The notes beneath the pieces are model-generated. The model searched no databases. It was not told where the DNA came from and saw only the letters and a program-made list of their open reading frames with translations. Of a DNA stretch of 64,000 bases, positions 39,117 through 52,919 are shown one piece after another; within the stretch, counting starts at the first letter, position 1; every line of letters starts with the position of its first letter. A program made the translations under genes and the position numbers. The stretch covers positions 4,530,906 through 4,594,905 of the forward strand of contig NC_057759.1 of the NCBI RefSeq assembly GCF_004010195.1, read 5' to 3'. Source of the stretch: Chiloscyllium plagiosum. Its lineage: Eukaryota.

Positions 39117-39416
39117 AGAAAAGTGGCAAACGCAGTGTTAAATCCAGCGCAGAGAGAGGACCAGAAACAGACATGCGGAGCTAGAAACACACCCTTCCAC
39201 TCCCACATCAGCACAACAACGAGCAAAAGGAAACCGAGTCAATACCACAGTCACTTTCTGTGTGACAGACACAAAACAAATCTCCCTCAGTCAGACTGAC
39301 AGGAACAAAATCACTATCCACTTCACATTTTGTTGCAGATTCTGACAGATCCACATTGGATCCTACTCTAACAATCACAGAGACTGAGTGTTTGGGAATG
39401 ATTCCGTGTAAACTAC

Positions 39417-39474
39417 CCAATCAGGCTTTCCCCCATCCCTCTTTGGCATTGATGACGTCGTCAGGCTATAAAAA
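39417..39474 (+). promoter_or_regulatory. H2B promoter: CCAAT (39417), CRE-like TGACGTCG (39453), TATAAAAA (39467)
   Basis: Motifs lie directly upstream of ATG 39527. Confidence 0.8.
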
Positions 39475-39526
39475 GGGAGCTCCGAGCCCGCTTTCCCTTA
39501 TTCTGTGTTTGACAGTGAGCGGCGCT

Positions 39527-39893
<367 letters not shown>

Positions 39894-39937
39894 AGGACCG
39901 CACTGCACTGAGACAAAACACACATCCACAACTCAAA

Positions 39938-39976
39938 GGCTCTTTTAAGAGCCACCCACAACTTTTGAGACAGCTG
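39938..39976 (+). terminator. Histone 3' stem-loop and putative U7 downstream element
   Basis: GGCTCTTTTAAGAGCC (39938-39953) followed by ACCCA, then purine-rich GAGACAGCTG. Confidence 0.93.
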
Positions 39977-40324
39977 AGCCATTTCTTTAACCATTTTGTT
40001 TTAGTTTGCATGTGATTTTATAAGTTTAAATTTTCGTACTACATTCGCTTTTATAATTGCTTTGCAATTTGATATTCTTGACGCGATATTTTTAGTCACA
40101 TTTGATTTTCAGTGCTTTGCAAATTGACTGGGGGTGGGGGGGAGCGACGTCATAAACAGTATCTTCCCTATGTGTAGAGAGAGAGAGCAGATTACACGTC
40201 AGGGGGTCATTTTTCATCTCATTTGTTCAACTTACTAAAAGCCCTGGTGGAATGTTATAACAGTTGTTTTCATCCTAGCAAACTAAAGCGAAGTGCCCAG
40301 TTTTCAGTCATACGGATTGATGTA

Positions 40325-41300
40325 TTTTACCTCCAGTCTGAAAATGAACCCTCCACCACCACCTTTGAGCCAGTTCTGTATCCAAATGGCTAGTTCTCCC
40401 TGTATCCCATGAAATCTAACCTTGATAATCAGTCTCCCATGGGGAACCTTGTCGAACACCTTACTGAAGTCCATATTGTGAGAAACAAAGCTCACTCACT
40501 TCAATAATTTCTGTCCGAGACAAGATCTGAAGCAATCAGTATGTTTATTATACGGTTGCAAGCGTGGTGCCTGAGGTAAGGCACATAGAGTTCAGCAAAT
40601 ACATATCTTATATAGGATTCACTACTTCAAACCCGGCGCCCATTACTATTGTTTATCTCTTGCCTTATCTGGCCTTGTGCATAACAAAGTACAAGTTTTA
40701 CTCGTCCATTTCACCACATCCTGCTGTGGCCCATTGTTAGGTATATCCTTCTTCATGATTATCTATTCCCCCACCCCCCCTTGTGCCATTTCCTCCCTTT
40801 CCCCAACCATATTGATCCTTATGACCTTTTAATTGGGGTTTGTTTTTGTGTTTTTGCAAAAGTGGGAAATAGATGCTTAGAACTACTGCTTGTACAAGCA
40901 TATCTGACTTAACCTACATCCTCACAGCACCTTATCTATTTGTCTCCCATTGTTAGCAGGCACGTTTCATTCTTGCATTCACATTTTAGCTAATACAAAA
41001 ACAATTATATATTTCTTCCACATAGTTTTCATTCTTGTTGACTCAGCTCTTGGTTGAAACAATTATACACTGGTGTGAGTGCATATACCTTGCATAAGTA
41101 ATTATAATTGCAGAAGTAACACTACTTTACCTATATCCCACAATATAGATCACATCTACTGCTCTGCCCTCATCAATCTTCTTTGTTACTACTTCAAAAA
41201 ACTCTATCAAGTTTGTGAGACATGATTTCCCACACACAAAGCCATGTTGTCTATCCCGAATCAGTCCTTGCCTTTCCAAATACATGTACATCCTGTCTCC
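40325..41300 (-). mobile_element. CR1 RT fragment split by a solo LTR
   Basis: MDFSKVFDKVPHGRL (ORF 40304-40495); continues after 41143. Confidence 0.85.
40477..41142 (-). mobile_element. Solo LTR (666 bp) with 4-bp TSD
   Basis: TGTGAGA...TCCCACA ends; TSD ATAT (40473-40476 / 41143-41146); TATATAAG and AATAAA on the - strand near the left end. Confidence 0.85.
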
Positions 41301-41822
41301 CTCATCCTGTTTTTTTTTTACATGGTCAATGCGCGGGTTTAATCCGATTTTTCAGAATGCAAAAAGCAAAGCACTTTCTGCTGTTGGTGAGAGGCTTTCA
41401 AAACAGTTACCGGGCTGAAATGTGAAATATGGTGATTTTTGCTGAATCTTATCGAGATCAATAAAGGAGGACGACTCTAAAATATCGACTAAACACCGTG
41501 TTCGCCATTGAAACTGAGCTGGAAGAACTTTGTGTGCTGCTTTATCAACATGCCGGGGTGATACTAAAATATGAAAAGACAGTTTGCAGACTGCAGTGTT
41601 TAGCCTGTTTTGTTTCAGCTTCGTCGCAAAGTTTAGAAAATTGCCCATTCTCAAGATCAGAAATAGACAGAAAGTGGTGGGCAAATGAGGGAGAGACGGA
41701 TCGTGTCAAGGATACATTTGTAAATAAAAGTATATTAACATAAGAGTAGTGAGTGCTAATAAACATCCTCAGTTTTTTTTTGTATTTCATTTTTCAATCT
41801 AAAACATATTCCTTTGTTTGGA

Positions 41823-42019
41823 AATTGGCAGGCTTTTCAAATTGGAAAGAAGGTGGTTGATGATTTGGCGCTGGTACTTTCCGCCCTCCTCCCCGTGCCC
41901 TCTCCGGATTGGGGAATGAGGCAGATATCTGATTGGGAATTGGAACAACATTAGGAGGGGCTGGACAATAGGACTAATCAGAAACGGCCGATCCACCATT
42001 CCTCCCAAAGGTATAAGAA
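41823..42019 (+). promoter_or_regulatory. H2A upstream region: E2F-consensus TTTGGCGC (41864-41871), inverted CCAAT boxes, TATAAGAA (42012)
   Basis: Motifs read directly; the two proximal CCAAT-like boxes look mutated (ACAATAG, CTAATCAG). Confidence 0.6.
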
Positions 42020-42100
42020 AGGCCGCAATGTGGATTGGGGTGGGGTGGGGGGGGGGGGGGGTGAGTGAGTGCAGAATTCTCTGTGAAAATGCTTGTGAGA

Positions 42101-42490
<390 letters not shown>

Positions 42491-42520
42491 AGAGACCATT
42501 CTTGAATCTGACAACCCAAA

Positions 42521-42562
42521 GGCTCTTTTAAGAGCCACTCACAGCATCTGTGAAAGGAGCTG
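42521..42562 (+). terminator. Histone 3' stem-loop and putative U7 downstream element
   Basis: GGCTCTTTTAAGAGCC at 42521-42536; GAAAGGAGCTG at ~42552. Confidence 0.93.
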
Positions 42563-44069
42563 AACTTTCTTTCAGATTGATTATTTTCCTTTTAATGTGG
42601 AGATTCCTCGCCTTTGTGCCAGACATCAATAAATTCCACGCTCCATTTAATTGGATACTGTCACTGTCTTTGGGAGCAGAGGAAGAATTTGTCATAAAAT
42701 GCGATTGGAAGAGTGTCCTGAACGACAGGATTTTTTATTGAACGGTCACTGCCTGAGTGATGTGGTTTGTTATAATGTCCTATGAGTTTAGGATGTCCCC
42801 GATCTGATTTGATCTCACATTAGATTCACATTTCCTTTAAGTGCAGTAGGAAGAGCTGGGTTGACCCAGTGCAGTAACGGGTTAGTCGCTGCAGAATACA
42901 GTAAGGAACGGTCCCTGACCCTCTGCGCTTTATTCTCTGCTCGGTTCATATTCAGTCTTTTATCCCCTGCCTCTGGAGAGAGAGAGAGAACAGATTGAAC
43001 ACCAGTGAGGCATATTTTTCAACTGTAAAGGCGGGAATGAGGTAAAGTGAGATTTTCTGATCATTAATTTCGTAATCGAAAAAACAATCAACGTGTACGT
43101 ACTGATGTATTCTCCGCTGTAAAGCTTGCTGCTTTTATACGTGATGGCGGGCATTTTCAACTTTGAAAATAAGCTGTTGGTCTCTTGGCGCCATTTTTTC
43201 CCTTTTCTCTCCTGCCTCCACCTCACCACAAGCCATGTTATCGCAAAGGGAGTCAATGAGGAGATGGGGTTTTTCCAGAAATATCTAACCCAATACCAAA
43301 ATTTGATGTTAAAATCACACTTATTACTATATTTTTAAAATAAATTCTGCAATCTATGATTGAAGATCTTATCAGTTGCAAATTCACTGCCGCTGCCTGC
43401 CGTTTTTGTTTCTAACTAACTTCCGATAGAAATACTGTACTAATGTCCCCTATCACTTCCTGAAGTCTCTGGAAGAGCAACCGAACTTGTATCCGCCGTG
43501 AATCAATCGAAAGCCCGCCGATTGAAACATCTTAAAAGCTAACACAGTGTACATCGACAAAATTACAAAACCATACTTCAATAGATTCCTATCTCATGCA
43601 ATTTGTAGTCGCTGCCTGAACGGGCAGATGAAAATAACGCGCTATTAAGACATCCGTAGGCTCCCAGATACAAAACTGAGCAGAGTGTGATGCCTGGGAA
43701 ATATGAATACTGCAATATGTAACATTATGTCTGCAATATGTCTGGATTCCAAAATAAATTAAAACAAATTATTATTCATGGCATGGACAGCCAAGTACAC
43801 ATTGATATTATTACTGAGATAGACAGGTATTCACGAGAGATGATCGAAGGTTACGGGGATCAGGCGCAAGAAGAAATATCAGCCATAATTGTAGAACAAA
43901 CTGGATGGGTAAAATGGCGTAATGCTGCTGCGATATCTTACAATTACAAGTCACGATGCAATTCAGAGTCCACCAACTCGCAGAACACGGTATTAGTACA
44001 TTTTCAGGATTGACATAATTTTATAATCGCGATATATGTAAAATTACCGTCAACAGTACGCTATCCCCT

Positions 44070-45390
44070 CTCTATGTGCTGCCTTCCCCGTCCTCAGGTC
44101 TCCGCTCTCTATCCGAGGGTTTGGGTGGCCAACCTTCAGTTTTCCGGCACCTCACCTGTGACTATCGATGATACAAATATCTCAGCAATGGCCCCAGCAA
44201 TCACTCCCCTACTTCCCACAAAGTTCTAGGGTACACCTTATCAGGTCCTCGGGATTTATCCACTTTTATGCATTTCAAGACATCCAGCACTTCCTCCTCT
44301 GAAATATGGACATTTTGCAAGATGTCACCATCTATTTCCCTACATTTGATATCTTCCATGTCCTTTTCCACAATAAATACTGATGCAGAAGGCCACCTTG
44401 CTGATCTTTGAGAGGCCCTATTCTCTCCCTAGTTTGTCTCCCCATTTGTCCTTAATGTGTTTGTAAAAACCCTTTGGAGTCTCCATAACTCTACTTGCCA
44501 AAGCTATCTCATGTCCCCTTATTGCCCACCTGATTTCTCTCTTGAGTATACTCCTAATGCATTTATAATCTGAGGATTCACTCAATCTATACTTGACATA
44601 TGTTTCCTTCTTTTTCTTCACCAAACCCTCAATTTCTTTAGTCATCCAGAATTCCCTGTACCTATCAGCATTTCCTGACAGGAATACACTTTCTCTGGAC
44701 TCCTGTTATCTAATTTCTGAAGGCTTCCCATTTTCCAGCCGTCCCTTTACCTACAAACATTTGTCTCCGATCAGCTTTTGCAAGTCCTTGCCTAATACTA
44801 TCAAAATTGGCCTTCCTCCAATTTAGAATTTCAACTTTTAGATCTGGTCTATCCTTTCCCATCACTATTTTATAACTAATAGAGGTATGGTTACTGACCC
44901 CAAAGTCCTACCCCATTGACACCTCAGTCACCTACCCTTCCTTATTTCCCAAGAGTAGGTCAAGTTTTGCACCTTCTCTAGTAGATACATCTACATACTG
45001 AATCAGAAATTTGTTTTCCTCTCCATGTAAATCCTTAACACTATGGCAGTCCCAGTCTGTGTTTGGAAAGTTAAAATCCCTTATCATAACCACCCTATTA
45101 TTGTTACAGGTAACTGAGATCTTCTTACAAATTTGTTTCTCAATTCCCCAATGACTATTATGGGGTCTATACTATAATCCCAATAAGGTGGTCATTCCTT
45201 TCTTATTTCTCAGTTCCACCCAAATAACTTCCCTGGATGTAATTGCAGGAATATCCTCCCTAAGTACAGCTGTAATGCTATCCCTTATCAAAAACGCCAC
45301 TCCCCCTTCTCTCTTGCCTCTCTTTCTGTCCTTCCTGTAGCATTTGTGTCCTGGAACATTAAACTGTCAGTCCTGTCCATTCCTGAGTCA
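44070..45390 (-). mobile_element. Degraded CR1 ORF2 (APE and linker)
   Basis: MTKEIEGLVKKKKETYVKY...ETPKGFYKHIKDK; similar to 25100-26500. Confidence 0.85.
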
Positions 45391-45394
45391 CGGT

Positions 45395-45850
45395 TCTGTA
45401 GTTTCCTGTGGTGATGTCATTTCCTGTTCTTTTTCTCAGGTGATGGCAAATGGCATCGAAGTCAATGTGTTTGTTGGTGGAGTTCCGGTTGGAAACCCAT
45501 GCTTCTAGGAATTCTCGTTCATGTCTCTGTTTGGCATGTCCTAGGATGGCTGTGTTGTCGCAATAAAAGTGGTGTCCTTCCTCATCTGTATACAAGGATA
45601 CTAGTGAGAGTGGGTCAAGACATTTTGTGGTAGGTGATGTATATGTATCCTGGTGGCTAGTTTTCTGCCTGTTTGTCCAATGTAGTGGACTCGTAAATAG
45701 AAAGCAGGCCATACCACCAGTGCTTCATCCGGAGTCTCACTGATTATGTTACTTAGTATGGTGACAAAACGTCTGAAAACGAACCTTCCAGCTCAGCGAG
45801 CAAAGCTAGATCCAGAACTTCAACCTGAGCTACAAATCTTCTCAAAACTT
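45395..45850. mobile_element. Penelope-like fragment (third family): inverted endonuclease C-terminus plus terminal repeat with decayed hammerhead
   Basis: - strand EEGHHFYCDNTAILGHAKQRHEREFLEAW..N; + strand TCA-CTGATTA-T-GTTAC...GTGAC-AAAACGTC-TGA at ~45737-45777. Confidence 0.65.
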
Positions 45851-46024
45851 TCTAGACTTCCATTACGTCTCCCCTCGGTCTCTGCTGCTTAGAAGAAAAC
45901 TACCCGGGTGTTTCTAGCTTCTCTTTATACTTCATACCCTCTAATCTGGACAACATTCTGGCAAACCTCTTCTGCATCCTTTCTAAATCCTCCACATCTT
46001 TCCTGTAATGTGCCGACCACAACT

Positions 46025-46770
46025 AAACTGAACTAAGTTTAAAATCACACAACATCGGATTACAGTCCAACAGGTTTATTTGGAAGTACGAGCTTTCACA
46101 GCGCTGCTCCTTGATCAGGTAGCTATGAAACAGGATCATAAGACACAGAATTTATAGCTAAAGCTTACAGTGGCATGCAACTGAAATGATATATTGAACA
46201 AACCTAGATTATTGTTCAGTAATTCATCTTTTAGAACGGATTGCAGTTAATTAATATATACATCCCAGGACTTATTTTACGTCACATTGTCAAGATGACT
46301 TAAGATTTTATTTTAAAAAGGGTGACATCTCAGATCAGACAATGTATTAAAGGTGTAAGGTTAGAGTCTGACTGTATCCCAATCTTGAGTAAGACTGTTT
46401 CTATTTCCAAAGTAGGAATTTATAAAATATTACATGGATTGAGCAAAATAGAATGTTTCTGCAAATGCAAATTCACTCCAGTCACTTATGTGTGAGTGCA
46501 TGTGAGTGTGAGTGCATCTGAGAATGTGTGTGTTTGTGTATGCTTGGTAAAGTGTGTGTGTGAGTGTGATGGAGTATAAGCCATGGAGGGTGCGCGCATG
46601 GGTGTGTGTGCGCCCGCATGGGTGTGTGTGTGTGTGTGTGTATGCATACATATGAGAGGAAGCGTATGGAGGAGAGAGGTTGTGCATGTGAGAGAGTGTA
46701 CAGTGTATTGGGGACACCTGTAGTGTGACAGGAACCCTAGGTCCCGATTGAGGCCGTCCTCATGGGTTCT
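46025..46770 (-). mobile_element. Penelope-like 3' end (family B) with internal (TG)n tract
   Basis: KFRTHEDGLNRDLGFLSHY (GIY-YIG C-terminal GLN motif); terminus matches the 13315 element. Confidence 0.75.
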
Positions 46771-47259
46771 GAACTTTAGAATGGATACTTTTAACATTAC
46801 AATCGAGGTGAACAAAGAGACAATGCTGGTAGCTTGAGCAACCATATATGAAGTAGATAGTGAGTACAGATATTGAAAGAAACATTTCAGATATCAGTAA
46901 CTGAGAAGGACAGAGTTAATCTTTTGTCACAATACTCTAAGTACAGTCTTATAAAGCTGCAATGACATCCTGACTCTTGTACTCAATTCCCCGACCAATA
47001 AGGCAAGCATGCCATACGCCTTCTGCTAGATACCATCTTGTCTCCTTGTGTGGCCACGTTCAGGGAGCTATAGACTTGAACCCCAAGATCCTTCAGTACA
47101 TCAAAGATGTTCAGAGTCCAGCCATTTACTGTATACCTTCCCTTAACATTTGATCTCCCAAAGTCCAACATCTTACACTGTGCCAGATTAAACTCAATCT
47201 GCTATTTCTCCACCCATGTCTGCAATTGATCTATATTCTACTGTATCATTTAACAAGAT

Positions 47260-47579
47260 TATATTAGATTGCCTACAATGTGGAAACAGGCCATTCAGCC
47301 CCACCAGTCCACACAGACCCTCTGAAGAGTAACTCACCCAGACCCATTTCCCTCTGACTAATGCACCTGACATTATGGGGCAATTTAGCTTGGCCCATCC
47401 ATCTGACATGCAAACATTTTTGAATTGAGAGGGGAAACTGGCGCACCCGGAAGAAACTCATGCAGACACGGGGAGAACGTGCAAACTGCATACAGTCAGT
47501 CGCCTGAGGCGGGAATTGAACCCGGGTTCCAGGCGCTGTGAGGCAGCAGTGCAAACCACTGTGCCTCCGTTCCGCCCAC
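47260..47579 (-). mobile_element. HE1/V-SINE-type SINE
   Basis: Reverse complement of the SINE consensus. Confidence 0.88.
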
Positions 47580-47758
47580 CACGTTGAAAGAAACATTTCA
47601 GCTATCATTAAATGAGAATGACAATTAATCTTTTGTCACATACATAGACACAGCAATCAAAGAATATGAATTCCAAAGGCACTTTGTGTCAAAGCCTGAC
47701 AGAGAGAATGATTAATGTGTAGGTACGTGACCACACATTCATTCCCCACCCCCCCCCA

Positions 47759-47786
47759 CCACACACACACACACACACACACACAC
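47759..47786. repeat. (CA)n microsatellite
   Basis: Direct observation. Confidence 0.9.
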
Positions 47787-48119
47787 TCGCTCTCTGACTT
47801 ACGATGAGTTTTAAAAACATACACCATCCTGACACAGTACAATGTCTAACAGCCATGCAGTTCCATTGATATTGCAAGTAACAGAAAATGTTAGATTCAA
47901 AATGATTTCTCCCCACAGATCCCTTGTCAGACAGGCCTACAGCTGGGCCTACAGCCCTTGAAAACTTATGAGTCAGCACCGATCAGAAGCAACCAGCTAA
48001 CAATTTTCATCTTGATCAGCTAGCATCTGTTTGCCTAATTGTATCATGGTAACAGAGGAGCTGCCATCCCCATCTTTATCAAAACATTTCTTCACGTTGT
48101 AGGAGAAGACTTTGTTTTG

Positions 48120-49260
48120 TCTGTTTCAAGAGTGTGGTGCTGGAAAAGCTGAGCAGGTCAGGCAGCATCTGAGAAGCAGGAAAATCAAGGTTTTGGACAA
48201 AAGCCCTTCATTAGGAATGAGGCTGGGAGTCTTGGAGGTGGAGATATGAGTTGGAGGGAATTGGGGCTGGTGATAATTTAGCTGAGACTGCAACAGATGG
48301 GGGTAAAGGTCGGAGTGGAGGGTGGTGCTGATAGATGGAAAGGAAGATGGTCAGATGTGATAGGTCATGAGGACGGTGCTAAGCTTGAGGTTTGGAACTG
48401 GGGTTAGGTGGTGAATGGGAAATGAGGAAACCGGTGAAGTCCACATTGATGTCATGGGGTTGGAGGGTCCTGAGGTGGAAGATGAGGCATTCTTCCTCCA
48501 GGTGTCAAGTGGTAAGGGAATGGCGATGGAGGAGGCCCAGGACCTGCATTCCTCAGCAGTGGGAGCGGTTAAGTGTTGGGCCATGGGTCGGTGGGGTTGG
48601 TGGGGTAGGTGTCTCAGATGTTCTCTGAAGCGCTCGGCGTCCCCAATGTCAAGGAGTTTGCATCGGGATCAGTGGATACAGTAAATGATGTGTGGAAGTG
48701 CAGGGGAAACATTGATGGATGTGGAAGGCTCCTTTGGGGCCTTGAACGGAGGTGAGGGGGGAGGTTTGGGCGCAGGTTTTGCAATTCCTGCTGTGGCATG
48801 GAAGGTGTCGGGACGGGACGGTGGGTTGCTGGGGGGCATGGACCTGACGAGGTAATCGTGGTTTGAGCAGTCTTTACGGAAAGCGGATGGGGTGGGGAGG
48901 GAAATATATCTCTGGTGATGGGATCCGTTCGTGGGTGGCGGAAATGGCGGAGGATGATGTGATGTATACAGAGGTTAGTGGGGTGGAATGTGAGGACCGG
49001 TGGGGGGGGGGGTTCTGTCCTTGTTCTGGTTGGAGGGGTGGGTTTCAAAGGCAGAGGGGCGTGAAATGGATGAAATGCACTGAAGGGCATCCTCAACCAC
49101 GTGGGAGGAGAAATTGCAGTCTTTAAAGCGGGAGGCCATCTGGCGTGTTCTGTGATGGAACTGGTCCTCCTGGGAACAGATACGGTGGCGGTAGTGGAAG
49201 AATTGGGATAACGGACATTTTTGCAGGAGGAGGTGTACTCCAGGTAGGTGTGGGAGTTGG
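48120..49260 (-). mobile_element. Degraded Penelope-like element (family A)
   Basis: SQF..YRHRICSQEDQF, PVLTFHP, and endonuclease region matching 18250-18840 in reverse. Confidence 0.8.
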
Positions 49261-50919
49261 TGGGTTTGTATCATCTGCAGTACTCATTTTCGCCTTTGTG
49301 TGTTTCAGTCCAACCAGAAACTTTGTTTTAGTTAGTTATGTACTACTTTTAAAATTTGTTGCAATTTACTACAAAGAGCTCTGCATTCCTCCTTCCTTTC
49401 CCTCGGATGTATCATGAAAAAAAAAGAAATCTTGCTGCAATTTTCACAATGCATCAATGGAATCTAATAACCCTTCAAAGCAGTGGAGAAAGGGGGAGAA
49501 AAAAGTCAAAATTAGTAGGTTTATAAAACTGTGCATTTTATTTTCAAGCAGAGCAGAAAGTGTTGATCATTCCATAAATTCAATTTGGCAGTTTACACAT
49601 TTTGTACTGCATGACAAAAAAAAAAGCCTTTTTCCTTTCCTCCTTCCTACTATAGAGCAACGCAAGAGTACAGCATGCATCATCACACGACAGAGCAATG
49701 TAATATTCTGTCTACATCAGAAAATAGAAGTGAACGAGTCTGTACAAGGAACATTATGGTCAGTCAGCTCCAATGCAGTTGAATTGTTTGTCACCCTTTT
49801 ACTTAGTTGCAAATGTTTACATAGATTGTTACTTCACCAAATTCATAAAAGAACATCACTATGCACTGAAACAAAAACTGATGGCTTTCTGACGACCAAC
49901 ATTTTATATCATTACTCTGTTAGATTCCGCATTGTACAAAATACAAAAAGTCTAATTGTTTTTCCTATCTTGACGCTGACGAACAGCATAGAATCCTTTC
50001 TGTTGCAGTGTGTTACGCTTTCACTTGCACATGATTCCTACAGGCACTAACAATTAAAGAACTTCGGCTGTTTCAACACAGGAGACATGAACTGAGATAC
50101 AGACTGGCAGCACAAGAGTAAACTCACTCTGACTCAGTCACTGGATGCTGAAAGGAAAAGAATAAATTTTGGCCTCTATTTCCAGATGTGAATTGACTCT
50201 CAACATCACTTATCACAGTTGAGGATATACAGTGCCCAGCAGTGCCTGATAAAGTCTACTATACATGCACACACGCACAATGTAAAAATAAACAGACTGA
50301 AATGCAACACAATTAAGCATCATCGAAAAGAGTTTATTAACAGAGTTTATGCTACATTCAGACACAAACCGCAACTGAACATAGGTGAATGAGATCCAAT
50401 GAACCCTCTCCAGAGCTTGAAGATCCTTCCTTAAGTAAGGTGACCAGAACTGAACACAAATGTGATCTGACCAACCAAGAACTACATTTATTAAAAGTCA
50501 GATGTCTACAGAATTGATGTCAAAGTGTGCTTTCCATATGGACACTGGCAATGAGTGGATGAAGTTCACATTCCCAACAATTACTGCAGAACTGATGTAT
50601 AAGAGAATGTCCCAGTACAGACACAATGGGCTGAATGGTCTGTTTCTGAGCTGTACCATATCAGTGATTCTGATTTTGGTGAGAAAGGAGATGACATGCT
50701 GTCGTGTTACATATTGGTACAAAAAATATCACACAGAAATGGACTGACATGCAGAATAAAAACACCAACAATGTCTGGGTACAAATTGAAACTAAATGTC
50801 TCAGTGGTACCACAGATCCCAGACTCTCTCCCCGAACAGGAAATGTGTGACCATAATTCAAAATGGTTCTCAGAATAAAGCAGTTTCCCTTCTGCCATTG
50901 AGGAACTACGTCCCCTCAA

Positions 50920-51208
50920 GAGATTACTTTACAGTGTGGAAACAGGCCCTTCGGCCCAACAAGTCCACACCGCCCCGCCGAAGCGCAAACCACCCAGACC
51001 CCTACATTTACCCCTTTACCTAACACTACGGGCAATTTAGCATGGCCAATTCACCTGACCTGCACATCTTTGGACTGTGGGAGGAAACCGGAGCACCCGG
51101 AGGAAACCCACGCCGACACGGGAAGAACGTGCAAACTCCACACAGTCAGTCGCCTGAGGTGGGAATTGAACCCGGGTCTCTGGCGCTGTGAAGCAGCAGT
51201 GCTAACCA
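50920..51208 (-). mobile_element. HE1/V-SINE-type SINE
   Basis: Well-preserved copy with CpGs largely retained. Confidence 0.9.
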
Positions 51209-51427
51209 AGGGGCCTCTTGGTTCGATATCGGTCAAATGAATCGACAAATGTGGTCTATTCATAAAGCAAGGTTCATTAATTCCTTGGATTAAGCTACCT
51301 TGACACAATTCTATCCAGCAACACAGAGATTGAAGCTTCCGTGATCCGGGGTGAAGCTGCGCAATTACATTTATATGTTTTTCAATAAATAGTACAGCCT
51401 TAATTACAAGAAATACCAATCACATAT

Positions 51428-51573
51428 GGGCGGCACGGTGGCACAGCAGTTAGCACTGCTGCCTCACAGCGCCAGAGGCCCGGGTTCAATTCCCGCCTCA
51501 GGCGACTGACTGTGTGGAGTTTGCACGTTCTCCCCGTGTTTCCTCTTTCAACACTGTAAGTAATCTAATCTAA
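51428..51573 (+). mobile_element. Internally deleted HE1/V-SINE-type SINE
   Basis: tRNA-like head joined directly to an ACACTGTAAGTAATCTAATCT tail. Confidence 0.85.
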
Positions 51574-51953
51574 TAACGTGACGTGATTTGCAGCAAGTTA
51601 AGAAGGATGTCTAATTTACGTACATTGTCATGCCATATATTAGTTCAAGGTTAGTTCAAATGGTCAATTAATGTGTCAGTATTCATCTTATGAAAACTCT
51701 GTTGTCCTCTTATCTTTGAACTGCAAGTTAATTCTGCAAATCAGCAGTATGTTCAGCAATATGGTTTACAGGCTATTTTATAGCATTCTTTTAAATTGAG
51801 AAACCATTCTGAACAAATAAAAATCGACATATTTTGTTGCCTAAATTCCAATTTTAGATCCTCATCCCCATCCCCATCTCACCCCTCCCCCTCACCCCCC
51901 CCCCCCACCCCCCTTGGCCATCTTATGACCACACCATAAAGGTATAGATCAAA

Positions 51954-52715
51954 TCAATTCAATTCAACAGCAGCAAGAGACTGCCATAGTTCCTCTTCCT
52001 CCGAAGGGGAACTAAAGTCAGGCAATGGCGTTTCCTCGTCTTCATTTAAGTAAAGAAGCATTTTCAGATTGGAGCCAATGTTGTCAATAGAAATTAATGT
52101 TTTAGCAATAATACTCTTAGCTATAGCAATGCTAACAAAAAGACAAATTGAAACAATAGCACCATACAAAGACATATTAAGTAATCAGTTGTACCATGAG
52201 CCAAACCCCAATCTTCCCATCCCACACCTTCGTTCATTTGGTTGACAAAAGTGTGAATATTATCAATATGTCTCGTAATGTTTTCGAAAGGATCAGTGAC
52301 CCTCATAATGCATTTTCTTTTAACTATAACGCAACATCCACCTTCCTTCACAAGCATGTAATCAGTTTTGTTGGGCAAATAGGCACAATTCTGAAAGCAT
52401 TTCTAATTTCTATTAAGGTAGCAGTTGTCTCATTTCCCAAAATTGTGAGTCCACCAATGAGATAATTATGGGTTTTGATGACTAATAATTCTTAATGACT
52501 CTACTAATGAAAGAACACTAAGAGCTGCATATGTCAATGAGTGTGTTTTACTTCTTGATATGGTCTTTGGATTCTTCTATTCTGTGCAAAAGTCAGGAGA
52601 AACTTTATGTTTAAAAGGGAAATTATGATTTCATTGCCAGGTGATTGGACAGGGAACAGGAGTTGGAAATAGTGTTCCCACAGCTACGACTTGCTCTATT
52701 CAGGACAAGGTAGTT
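51954..52715 (-). pseudogene. env: Endogenous retrovirus env remnant (end of SU and TM subunit)
   Basis: Across frames: NYLIGGLTILGNETTATL..MLSELCLFAQQN*..DYMLVKEGGCCVIVKRKC..ENITRHI..GWEDWG..hydrophobic LYGAIVSICLFVSIAIA and tail; followed by polypurine AAGGGGGG (51908-51915). Confidence 0.8.
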
Positions 52716-52716
52716 C

Positions 52717-52919
52717 GCTGAAAAATGTGTTGCTGGAAAAGCACAGCAGGTCAGGCAGCATCCAAGGAGCAGGAGAATCGACGTTTCGGGCATAAGCCCT
52801 TCTTCAGGTGCCCGAAACGTCGATTCTCCTGCTCCTTGGATGCTACCTGACCTGCTGCGCTTTTCCAGCAGCACATTTTTCAGCTCTGATCTCCAGCATC
52901 TGCAGTCCTCACTTTCTCC
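52717..52919. mobile_element. Palindromic Penelope-derived insertion (family A) with a hammerhead core on the - strand (52776-52810)
   Basis: Inverted arms around 52800; - strand CUGAAGA-A-GGGC(UUAU)GCCC-GAAACGUC. Confidence 0.85.

Noticed and set aside
49457..50050. 197-aa ORF
   Set aside because: No recognisable domain, AT-rich composition and no supporting gene signals seen.
51250..51280. End of the ERV 3' LTR
   Set aside because: Only about 20/30 match to 55252-55281 in AT-rich sequence; too weak to call.
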